A DNA stretch of 63,872 nt, the filler included, from Intoshia linei (Eukaryota > Animalia > Orthonectida), in the NCBI GenBank assembly GCA_001642005.1. It is 8 parts of 8 records of this genome, joined end to end, with 100 filler letters (N's around TTAATTAATTAA, not from the genome) between each part and the next. Parts side by side here need not be neighbours in the genome. Positions count along the whole stretch, not along the records: positions 1 to 6,404 come from LWCA01001692.1; positions 6,505 to 11,716 come from LWCA01001819.1; 6 more parts are not named here. One strand, written 5' to 3'. Of the stretch, positions 1-10,905 are shown in pieces (position 1 is the first letter of the stretch; each line of letters begins with the position of its first letter). Both the position numbers and the translations under genes were made by a program. The notes beneath the pieces were generated by a model that was given only the letters and a program-made list of their open reading frames with translations, was not told where the DNA came from and made no database searches.

Positions 1-364
1 ATAAAAGTACAAAACAAAACGAAATTGTATAAAACAAAATTAATGTTTGAAAATGTAATTTAACTTATAAAAATAAAATTTAACTTTTGAAAATATTATT
101 TTAACTTTATTAAATTAATCAAATTTTAATTACCCAATTAATACACGTAAAATTATTATCATTGTGATTGTAATTTGGTGCGTATGAACATATCAAAATT
201 TGCCCTAGTTAAAAAATAATCGCCCTAGTAATAATAAACATAAATCAAATAAAGGTATGTTTCATTTTTTCGGGAAATCCTGGGAAATCGTAAAAATCTC
301 GGGAAATTTAATTCCCGGAAATTATTCAATATCTTGGAAATTTTTTCCCCGAACAAATACTAAT

Positions 365-895
365 TAATAGGATATAATTGTATCATCTGTAAATTTTTTT
401 TAAATTCTAAGACTTCTTATTTTTAAAAAAAATTGTAATCTCGGTTTTTGACAATTAAAATTACCTTTTTTGAGACTACCATTTATAATAATGCTTATTA
501 ATTTAAAAATAATTCCAGAATTTATGTTGTATAAAATGATAAGATTTTCTTAAATTTACAGAAAAGGGTAAATTGTGGTTTTGGTCTTGAAGATGTAAGA
601 TTTTGAAATTAAAAATTATTATAATATTGATGAATTTAAAGTTTTTTATTAGAATGTATGTTTTTATAGTTGTAGGATGGGTTTGAATTTAAAAACAAAG
701 GCTAATTGTGGTTTTTAGCCTTGAAGCACTCCATTTCTGAAATTTAAATTTGCGATAAAACATCACTCTGGAAGAACTGTTATAAGAATATGGAATTTGT
801 AAAATTTGACTTCCCTTACTTTTTTAAATAAACTGGAACAAACAAATAAACAAACTGACATATTTTTATATCTATTCTATTTTATATAAGAAAAG
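365..895 (-). mobile_element. Non-autonomous Helitron-like repeat, partial
   Basis: Closely similar to 62602-63200 and to the body of the family at 44770-45710. Contains the internal aaattctagg...aaagggtaatt..ggttttg subrepeats and an acaaacaaa tract near the end. Confidence 0.6.
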
Positions 896-1221
896 AATAG
901 TTTCTATTAAATGTTTTGAAACCATTTATATTATCGTTAATCTTACCTTCAGAAACTTAAATCTTCATGACTCAAATTACCCTTTTTTTTAATAATGAAA
1001 ATACCCTAGAATTTTATAAAATATTTAGTAAAAGTGTATTTTTTTCTATAAGCTTTGGTAAAAGTGGATTTTTCGCATAAAGATTGGTAAAGTCTATTTT
1101 ATATTGATGTATATTGAAATAATTTAAAATTAAAGATATTTCTACTTTTTTTTAAAATTGCAAATGACTGAAACTACAAACGAACACTAACCTAATATTT
1201 TATGAAGGGATATAAATTTAT

Positions 1222-2793
1222 TTAATTGGCATTATGTCCATACAGTTTTGGTACGTTTTGTTTAAAAATATCAGAATTTAAAACATCGATCCTATGCGTA
1301 TTTGTAGAATTGTCGTTATTATACACTTGTTTGTAATTTTTTTCCATGGAATCGGGTAATGTTTCGATTTTTTTTTTAATTTTAGAGGATTGACCAGAAA
1401 AAACATTTTTATTATAATTTCGTGAATAGTCATCATGCCTCATTTTACTTTGAGCTAATGCAGCTTGTGTTACCCATCGTTCCAAATCACTATTTCTGTT
1501 ATCTGATTTATAAGCCGGATACCTATTATTGACGATATATTTGGTTGATGTTATAATTTCTCCAATATGTTCATTGAGGACATTGATAGTTTTGTTGCGT
1601 TCTACTAATTGCTTCTCCAATTCTTTAATTCTATTGTTACTAGACTCTAAAGAATTTGTTTTTTCAATGAGTGAACAAGACATTTCAGTCAATTTATTAT
1701 TTTTATCTACAATTTCTCTGTTTCGTTCTTCCATTTCTTCCTTAATACGCTTTTGAATTTCAAAGCTGATTAAATCGTCCAATTTTTTTTCCTTGTTTTC
1801 AAAAACGTATTTAGAAGTATGTTGGATTGATGATTTTGATCGTTTTAATTTGGTATCCGTTTCATTTATAATAAACTCGTCATGTAGTAACGTATGGTTT
1901 GTGTTTCGTCTCGTTTTACCTGAAAATAAAACGAAACATCTTTCTCGTTCTTCCTGCAACATTTGTATTTTGTTGATTAAAGGAACTGAACATGACATCA
2001 TTGTATCAAAATTATTCATAAATATAGAAAGTACATCGGTATCAACGGGTGCACTTTTCAATACATCAGATGTTGTTTTCAAGCCGTGGGCGTGATTAGT
2101 TAAGCCGTCATGATAATGGCGTAAAAAATGTCGCAATTTCCTATTCATTTGAGACAAGGATCCATTACATTTGGTTAATAAATTGTTTTTATCATCTATT
2201 TGAGTATCCATGTGTTGAAATTTGTATTTCCATTTTTCTTTACAAACTTGAATTTTTTTGGCTATTATTTCTTTTAAATGTTTTTTATCTCTTTCAGAAA
2301 ATCGTTTTTTACTTCCAAAATGTCTATAAAATTTAAAATTTAAAATTTGTACACTAAAATAATCAACCTGTGGACCAATAATGCCGCTTCCTTTGTGACT
2401 GCATCTTCAATTAGTAATTCATCTTTTTCTGCTAGTAAATCATTTTCAATATCTTTACTCAATGTTGGATTATCCAATGAAATTAGATTGCAAAACTTTT
2501 TGAATCCATCCACATCGGTGCAATTCATTAAACCTTCAATTAATTTGTTAATTTTTGATAATTTTGTTGATTTTGTCTAAATTTTATGAAATTATGATAA
2601 AATAAATAATTTTCAATTGTTGTATTATTGTTATTGTATTATTATTGTATAATATTACATTGATAATTCGAATTGTGTCTTTTTTAATTAAATTTTCTTG
2701 ATAAAGTTGATCCAAAAACTCATCCGTTACATTAATGTTATCCATAAAACTTTTTTTTCTAAGACGTAAGACGTGTTTTGCATATTTATCCAT
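1222..2793 (-). CDS. CARD (death-fold) domain plus coiled-coil protein, 3 exons, about 481 aa
   Basis: Exons 2793-2659, 2576-2368 and 2323-1222 join in frame through GT-AG introns of 82 and 44 nt, merging three track ORFs. The N-terminus MDKYAKHVLRLRKKSFMDNINVTDEFLDQLYQENLIKKDTIRIINTKSTKLSKINKLIEGLMNCTDVDGFKKFCNLISLDNPTLSKDI follows the CARD helix pattern. Heptad-rich segments follow. Confidence 0.8.
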
Positions 2794-3006
2794 CTAAATT
2801 TTTTAATTTTTTTAAGCTACTGTACAGCAAATGTATTATTTTTATTTATTTAATTAAAAATTGAAATAATTATCGAGGTTACATTAAGTGTCTGAATTAT
2901 CGATTCAGAACTATTGTTTCATTTAAAAATATTTTACGAAATCTAAATTAACTAGATCAGAAATAAATGTTTTTAATTATTTAATCTCATTCATTGCTTT
3001 AAAAAA

Positions 3007-4230
3007 ATGTCCCAAATTTTACATTTTTATAAATTAAAAGGTATAATTATCCTCTATGCAAAATCAAATTTGAATTAAACTAATAGCGAGTAGATTACAA
3101 GATATATAAAATGTATCAAAGTATTATAATAATGCCTATTTCGTTTGTATATCTACGTCTATTATTGTATTATTAAGTTTACATCTTTTATAAATATTAT
3201 CATTTTTGATTTTAATATAAAATACAAATTATAGGTTTCTGATAAAATTGTAAATTATGGTTTACGGGTTACTGTCGGAAATTCCGACTCGGAATCAATA
3301 TTTCTAAACCTGCTCAGAATTATATTTAACAAAAAATTTGAATTGGTCATTGATTAAATTACCTTGATAACTTTTCTCTTTCAAAAAATATATTTTTGTA
3401 GATTCAGTAGAAGCTCTCAGTTTGGTAATTCTAGAAATGTAGATACATTTCAGAAATTTTCTGTTTAAAATCGTGATTATATTATTTATTGTTCCTTCGA
3501 TACATTTTGAATGAAATCTAGTTAATCAATATGATACAATATACTCCAATCATTCCTATGAAATTCAATGACTCAATCATTATATTGAGCAAATTTTACT
3601 TTAATTTTTAATTACGTTGATACTTGTCAATCGTTAATAGTCTACATTGTTTTATTATGAAATAATTACTTTTTTTAACATCCATATTTATTGTATACTA
3701 GCTATGTTCTTTGTACAAACAGCAATTAGCTTTGCCGATGGTGGACTTTTTAATTTTAATTATTAATTGATTAATTGATTATTAATTGTTAATTATTTCA
3801 CATTTTTTATTAAATAGTTTATATTGGATATCAATAAAAATTATGAAAGGGAATTTATCCTAATACAATTGTGCTTTCATAGGTGTTTTATGGATATTTG
3901 CCATTTTGACTAAAGTCTTCGGATAAAGATGAAGCTAGGATCAATGATATGTCAATGATTATTTCTAGGGAATCAATGTCAACAATTAATCGTATTTTCA
4001 AATGAATAATTAATTTTACCAAACTAAAATTCATGAACCACAAAGAATACTTTACAAATGACGTTAGTAATGTCAAACACACTCTTTGTTTTAATGATCC
4101 AGCGGCGAGAGCATTCATGAAATTTAAGAAAGTCATTAATATGTCTGATATAGAAGACGCAAGACAAAAAATTGTGTCAATAATGAATATTTTCAATAAT
4201 AAATATAATTATAACATAAAAATATTGTAA
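3007..4230 (+). pseudogene. Possible degenerate multi-exon orphan gene
   Basis: Exon-like blocks with acceptor/donor signals (3235-3345; 3883-4230 after ttcatag). No stop-free splice path was found, and the 3883-4230 frame has TGA at 3907 and 4003. Confidence 0.25.
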
Positions 4231-4709
4231 ATGTAGTATTTTACTTTATGATAATAAATTATCTCTTCAAAATTTTCAGAAATTTTAAAGGCTACCTGCA
4301 GACTCAATCCTTAATTATATTGATTAAAATTCAGAATTTCTTCATAATTTATTAATGTGAACCGATTTACCCATGAACGGCATGAAAAATCTTTAAAAAA
4401 TTATAATTTTGACACCATAATCACCACATTTCATAATTTAATAAGTCAGAATGGATTTTATCATTATGTGAGAGTTTTTTAAAATCAGCATTATAATTTA
4501 ACTATTCGTATATGCATTACATTATTTATATGATATATTATATAAAATGAAATATGAAATGTGAATATATATAATTTATTAATGATTAAATAAAATTAAA
4601 ATAGTTAATAATAAATTTCTAGTTGATATGATTATTATCAGATTCAACTATTTTGCATTATAAATCTAAATTGTAATTAAATAGAAAATAAATAATTATT
4701 AATATAGTG

Positions 4710-5021
4710 CAGGGGTCGGCAACCAGTGGCCCAAAAGTGGGCAACATAACAATTTTGCTGGACCTTTGATTAAATATGTAATTTATTAATTTTTCAACTT
4801 TTAAACACCGTTTTAAACATTTTCTACTACATTTGGCTCATTATAATCATTATAATACTGAATTTTCAAATCTCTTTGAATTATATTTTTTGGAATATAC
4901 TAGAACTGTTTCTCTTTAATTAAAATATAAATTTATCATGTGTACATTTTCAAAAACGGGCCTGTGGAATTTTTTGATATAAAAAAATGGCCCACGAGAT
5001 GCAAAAAGTTCCTGAACCCTG
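4710..5021. mobile_element. hAT MITE (Charlie/Buster-type ends)
   Basis: TIRs caggggtcggcaac / cctgaaccctg, with a perfect 8-bp TSD atatagtg (4702-4709, 5022-5029). Confidence 0.85.
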
Positions 5022-5044
5022 ATATAGTGTCACATAATTATATT

Positions 5045-6058
5045 TATTTTAAAAACAAATATAACGTAACTTATTTTATCATTTTCTAAGTGATGATATA
5101 TATTCAGTAACAATTTAATAAATACTTAAAAATACCAATTATGTATCAATAATTAACGGAATCTTCACTTTATCAACATATTTCAAGCGAATTTTAACAA
5201 TATTGCAAAGAATTGTAATAAATATAAAAATGATAATAACAAAGTTGTATTACTTTTAGTATTCGTTGTTGTAGTTTTAATTGAAATTTAGACTAAATGT
5301 TTTCAAAATGAGAATTTGAAATTTAAAAATTGATTAGCAATGAAAAAAAATCGAAGGAATGAATTATATAAATTTTCACCCATATTTCTTTATTGGAAAT
5401 GTGTAGAGGTTCAATGCACATTTTTTTGAATAATGTTATGATCAATATTTACATTTTTAATTTTTATTTTAATCGAAATATTTTAAAAATATTGATTGAT
5501 AAATATATTAAAAATTATTTTTCAACGGGATTGCGTAGATTTTTAGGGTTAAAATTTTGTATTTATATCAACTGGAATAAGCTCTATCAGAATAATCTTG
5601 TTTTTAATTTTGGGACCGTTAATTATTTCACATATTTTGTTTTAATAAAATATTTCGGAAAAAAAATATATGAATACTAAAATGCTTTTTTGACAGTGAA
5701 GTCGTCATTTGACATTTTTTATGTGGGTTAATTACAAAAAAATTTAGGATTCTGACCCTGAAGATATATTTTTTTTGAATTTAAATTTATGATAATGTTT
5801 ATGATTTTAAAATCTGCATCAACGTATATATTTTTTTAAATTCTCCAACTCGTTTGATTTTCAATAAGAGGGATAACTGGGATTTTTGACCCGTAACATG
5901 TAAAATTGGGAGGTTGAAATTTATCCTATTATACGTCTCGACAAAAACTGTAATTGAAATGTGGTCTATAAAAAATTCTAAGACTGGTAGTTATTTCTAT
6001 AAACCGTAACACACACATACTAACAAAAATCGCATAGCAATATTATATAAGTTTAGAT
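5045..6058 (-). mobile_element. Non-autonomous Helitron copy (5' portion)
   Basis: Colinear with 44770-45710 and 57600-58300. Ends with an acacacac microsatellite and tattatataagtttagat, the reverse complement of an A|TC 5' terminus. Confidence 0.75.
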
Positions 6059-6076
6059 GTATGATTGTGTAATTAC

Positions 6077-6341
6077 TTAATTTGCAAATGAATCATAATG
6101 ATTATTATAATTGTTATTCTCAAAATTGTGGTTATTATTCATGTTTTGAGGACCAAAATTGTTTCCCTGATGATCATTCTGATGCATCTGGTCATTATTC
6201 ATATTGTTTAAGTCAAATTCATTATATCCGTTATTATTAGAATTATATTGGTTATCAAAATCGTTATTCTCAAAATTGTGGTTATTATTCATGTTTTGAG
6301 GACCAAAATTGTTTCCCTGATGATCATTCTGATGCATCTGG
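6077..6341 (-). CDS. 3' end of an Asn/Gln/His-rich tandem-repeat protein (50-aa unit), 5' part lost at an assembly break
   Basis: 150-nt period (6118-6191 recurs at 6268-6341), open on the minus strand: QMHQNDHQGNNFGPQNMNNNHNFENN x2, ending YDSFAN*. Cut by the N at 6342. Confidence 0.55.
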
Positions 6342-6404
6342 NTTGGGACCGTTAATTATTTCACATATTTTGTTTTAATAAAATATTTCGGAAAAAAAAT
6401 ATAT

Positions 6405-6504
6405 NNNNNNNNNNNNNNNNNNNNNNNNNNNNNNNNNNNNNNNNNNNNTTAATTAATTAANNNNNNNNNNNNNNNNNNNNNNNNNNNNNNNNNNNNNNNN
6501 NNNN
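6405..6504. other. Scaffold gap with TTAATTAATTAA spacer (also 11717, 21451, 27590, 29514, 34010, 62502)
   Basis: Identical 100-nt N-spacer-N blocks. Confidence 0.97.
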
Positions 6505-6599
6505 ACGAATAAATAAATATTTTTAAATATTTAAATAATATAATCCATTGTATTTTAAGCCAAATTCAAGAAAAAAAATTTAATTAAAGTTTACATATT

Positions 6600-7095
6600 A
6601 TTATACCCCCCTTTCCGGGATATTACAAGAAAAAGTCGTTGATCCATGGATTTCGTGAGGTTTTCAATTGTTTTTGCATCGATTGTTTTGATTTCTTTCA
6701 AAATTGCATGCCAGATATTGTTTTTGATTGATATTGTTTATTCCCACTGTATATCTTTCTTTTAATTACGGATCATAGATTTTCAATACAATTAAGATCG
6801 GAAGAATTTGGTGGCCAACACATTATTTTTTCTGATCCATAGCCATTTGATGAAAGATATTCTTTTGTATGACGGGATGCGTGACTTGGGGCATAATCAT
6901 GTATAAAAATGAAATTTTTAAGAAAGCTTTTTCCTCTTTTTTTTATCCACGAAAAATCGTTATTTTTTAAAAACGCGCTGTATGTTTCAGAATTAATTTT
7001 GACTGAATCATCTAACTTAAACATTCCAATAATAGTGTCTTTTACAATGACTGCCCAAATAATTATACTCCCACCCTTTATGCCACCTTAAACGG
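6600..7095 (-). mobile_element. Tc1-like DDE transposase relic
   Basis: GGSIIIWA...FIHDYAPSHAS...WPPNSSDLNCIENL motifs, with stops. Confidence 0.85.
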
Positions 7096-7128
7096 TTTGG
7101 TGGTGATCTGTTATTCACTAACCAACCT

Positions 7129-7545
7129 TTACTCCACGAATCTGCCATAATATTGTTTTCCATTTTTATAGACTACATTTGACATCATGCCCCATATATT
7201 GTCAATTGGATTTAAATCCGGGAGCAAGGTGGCCACCATAAAATGTTTATATTCTTTTTGATAATATAATTCTAGTTTATAGTTTATAGATGCGTTATCT
7301 TGTAGAAAAACCTCAAATTTTATGTGGTATGGAAGTAAATAATAATTAGGTATTTTTGTATACTTTTCTAAGTTTAATTTTTTGTTTGTGAAGCATAATT
7401 TCGTTTTAAACTTTTGATCGAATCCAGTCCATACCATGATACTTTTCCCACCACATTGACGTCGAAGTTTTGACATTATTTCTTTTCTCACATCGTGGAA
7501 ATAAAATGAAAAACCAGGACAAGGACAAGGAAGACAACTCTTCAA
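7129..7545 (-). mobile_element. Tc3/Tc1-like transposase relic
   Basis: RRQCGGKSIMVW...FLQDNASI...PDLNPIDNIWG motifs, frameshifted. Confidence 0.85.
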
Positions 7546-7559
7546 ATTTCCAAGTGTTT

Positions 7560-8165
7560 AAAGCGCGATCATCGCACTATAAAGCAATGGATTAATGATC
7601 CATCCAAAATAAACGTAAAATCTAAACGTGGACGTAATAAAATCGTAACACCTCGAAAATTATCATTATTAAAGAGAGAAGTATCATCGAACCACTATCC
7701 ACAAGTGCAGATATATTTTCAGGTGTAGTATAGGAAATATGTCTAGAAATACTCGATGTAGAGTTCTAAATCTATAGCCTCGATAAAAAAAGTTCTTAAA
7801 AAACCGTATAAAGTTGACAACTTACTTACAAACTTACTTTCAAATCAGTTGTTCACTGACGAGTTTCGTGCAATGTTAGATGGACCGTATGGATGGTCAA
7901 GAGGTTGGGTACTAAATACTACTGAAACTCCTTCTAGGCTGCGTCGCCAAGAAGGTTGTGGAGGTGTTATGTTTTGGGCAGGAATCATTGGAAATGAAAT
8001 ATTAGGACCATTTCGTGTTACCGGTGGCGTGAAGATGAATTCTAAATTGTAATCATTAATATAGATATGTAATCATTCATAATAGATCATTTCTATCAGA
8101 AAATTGCATTTGCAGAGAAAGATGAATTGACCTGAACAGTACCGATTTAAACCCAATAGAAAATT
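7560..8165 (+). mobile_element. Tc1-like transposase relic
   Basis: FTDEFRAMLDGPYGW...RRQEGCGGVMFWAGI...GVKMNS, with a decayed DLNPIE remnant near 8145. Confidence 0.85.
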
Positions 8166-8963
8166 ACTAGAAAATATTTTTCAAATTTTTACACATTTGA
8201 ATAAATGCGATGTAACTTGTTTAAATCTTTAAATAATAAATAAATTAGTCCATATTTCTTAAACTAGGTTTTGACGATTATTTTCTAATATACAGCGAAA
8301 GTGGTTGGAATTATTACGAATTTTAATTTTTATGTTTTCTACCATCATACTGAAAATATTTAGATATAAATTTTTTATAGGATTCCGTAAAGCGATTTTT
8401 TTGAAATAGGTTCCTATTAGAAATATTTTTCTATTTTATATATTAGTGACTAATAATTATCGCATCAAAAAAAGTGTGGGCACCCCTGCCCTATTGTATA
8501 TATAATATTATAATTATATGTATTGCGATACTTTGTGGTATTTCGATTTACAGAATAAAGTTGGTATTCTAAATTCTCAGATTTATGTATAATTTTTATT
8601 TATTTCTTTGTTTACATTACAATTTAAAATTTAAGACTACTCGCATAGGTGTACGATGTCAAATGGTATAGATAAAATAAAAAATCAGTTTAACTGGCAC
8701 TAACTATTATTTAGTTAATTATTATGGATGAAGGAATATACAAATTATATATATAATTTAATTTTAACCATATACAATTTATATGTATTTTAATTCTTTA
8801 GATTGGGTCATCTAAAATAATTATTAACAAAAATAATTGAAAATAAATTTAACTAAATTACAACATGAGTATTCTCTCTATAAATCTCCATTTTTAAAAT
8901 TTTAAAACTTTTAGTCTTATAGTTTAAACTAATGGCGAAATACAGAATTGGCGAGAATACTGT

Positions 8964-9752
8964 CAATGGCGACTGAGGTCAAAACGTTACTCGTGCTCAA
9001 CACAGTACCATAGAAACGAAACATATATAAATATAATATAACTACAATTAATTAACTTTAAATTAAATTTTATTATCTATAACTATCATTTATACATATA
9101 TTATAATAAACGTGGTTTAATGGCACTCATCAAGAATCCGAGAATGTAGTTCTCCATTAATCTCCATTTTTTTTCAATAGATATTCTGGTAACACTCTGT
9201 TAAGACATTTAATAAATCGTTATAATCATTATTATATTATCATCATCATATTATCATAATTATAATCATATATTATCGTAATAAAGAAACGACATTTATT
9301 CGTTGTATTGCATATATAAATTTCAGACAAATAATAATAATGAGAACTTTTTATTGATTTACTCGTGCTTAACTTAAGCCTTAGGTTAAGTTTTATTATT
9401 GTCAAGCAATTCTGTACATTACTGGTGTGTAGAAAATTGTCACAAATTCTATAATTTTTATGAAATATACATTTAATTATAACTATTATTTTATACATTT
9501 ATTAGTAATAAATTATTACGTTATGTTTTTTATTGATTGNTTATTTTATACATTTATTAGTAATAAATTATTACGTTATGTTTTTTATTGATTGTGTATC
9601 AATATTCTAAAGCCAAATCACTGAGTAATATTTTCTCATTATAATTTAAAAATATTAAAATTAAAAATATTGTGAAATTATTAAATTTATCAACTTCGCA
9701 AAATGTCTACTCGTGCTGAGCACGAGTGGCACGAGGTGGAGAGTCGCCACTG
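8964..9752. mobile_element. hAT-type MITE
   Basis: TIRs caatggcgact / agtcgccactg, TSD aatactgt/aatattgt, and subterminal actcgtgct motifs including the palindrome actcgtgctgagcacgagt. Confidence 0.75.
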
Positions 9753-9973
9753 AATATTGTATATTAATATTGAACAAGATTATGTTATGAATGTTATTTT
9801 TAAACTTACCTATTTATTATTTATTTACTTACTTAATTTTTGTTAATAAATATATAAAGTTTTAAATCTGTACTATTAAAATCTTTAAAATTTTAATCGT
9901 AACTACAAGAAATCTTTAAAAATTGGATTAACATTTGTAAATTCATTTGTACGATAAGGATATATTGTAATAT

Positions 9974-10240
9974 TTACCTACTAAATAATGATTGCATAAA
10001 TTTTGAGGCATCGTGCTTTGCTCGTAATCGTTGGTAATCGGTAATTGCACCAAATTTTTTACTTAAAATACGTGATTTAAAATATTACATAAATTACTCA
10101 AAACGAACAGGATTATTATTTCGTTGAATGTTAGCAAATCCGTCAAAATAATTGGGAAAGTCATCCAAATATTCACTCATTTTACAAGATAAAACAACAC
10201 AATATACAAACACAATTACGAAAATTTTTTTCATATTCAT
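9974..10240 (-). CDS. Small secreted precursor, putative peptide prohormone (76 aa, 2 exons)
   Basis: Exons 10240-10098 and 10061-9974 with a 36-nt GT-AG intron give MNMKKIFVIVFVYCVVLSCKMSEYLDDFPNYFDGFANIQRNNNPVRFDKKFGAITDYQRLRAKHDASKFMQSLFSR*. It has a signal-peptide-like N-terminus and a dibasic KK. Not in the ORF track. Confidence 0.65.
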
Positions 10241-10338
10241 AGATTTAACGCCAAGTTTAACGTAAAATATATATTATGAAATTGAATAAATTTTAATAAA
10301 TCTGATATATAATTTTTATTGATTATGTATAATTTTAT

Positions 10339-10905
10339 TCAATTTGTGTTGTCACTATTATTTTTATCGCAACATGATATGCCTTTAGCAAGAGCCAATA
10401 AATTTTTAACAAATTGATTGGTCATGATACCATTAATGTCCAGCAAAAATCGACTAAATTATAATTATTTTATAAAATAAACGTTAATACAATGTTCCAT
10501 TATTATTTTTGTCTTGGTCTGGCTCATGAGTATGATAATATTGTTCCTTGTAGTAATTTTCTTTAGTATTTGGAAAATCGTTTTTTTTATAATTTACTGT
10601 TATTTTATTTATATCATCTCCATTAATATCTTGATCGTTTAATTTGTATATATCTGGATTTAAATGTGTGTTGTGGTTTATTTCGGGTGAATAATCGTTG
10701 GATGGTCTGTTGTGAATGTTGTCGTGTGGATGATACACATCGGGAGGATATTTAATGTTACCGAATGATCTATCTCTAAAATATTAACAGATATCAACAC
10801 AATATGTCATATTAACCTTTCATCGCGATATCTTTGATTGTATTTTGGAATATAAGCATTTAAAATTAAAAAATATGTCATTAAAATTAAAATAGTACTT
10901 GCCAT
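10339..10905 (-). CDS. Secreted orphan protein, H/N/D/P/Y-rich (162 aa, 3 exons)
   Basis: Exons 10905-10817, 10775-10491 and 10453-10339 with introns of 41 and 37 nt. Starts with the signal-like MASTILILMTYFLILNA and ends ...FVKNLLALAKGISCCDKNNSDNTN*, with AATAAA overlapping the stop. Confidence 0.75.

Noticed and set aside
1529-2580. Plus-strand ORFs 1529-1756, 1793-2095 and 2347-2580
   Set aside because: Antisense shadows of the CARD gene. The same applies to 19004, 30967, 51687, 52943, 54994, 55133 and 60631 against their own genes.
2794-2830. AG directly before the CARD gene ATG as evidence of trans-splicing
   Set aside because: GT donors about 27-32 nt upstream allow an ordinary 5'-UTR micro-intron.
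5393-5680. 95-aa ORF (also 16935, 34157, 47370, 57109)
   Set aside because: They lie in Helitron-family repeats, and the frame is not conserved among copies.
6449-6460. TTAATTAATTAA palindrome recurring seven times at the centre of N runs
   Set aside because: Artificial scaffolding spacer with stops in all frames, not biology.
9486-9594. Direct duplications around single Ns (9540, 34555; 6343-6404 repeating 5610-5671)
   Set aside because: Unmerged contig overlaps or collapsed repeats.
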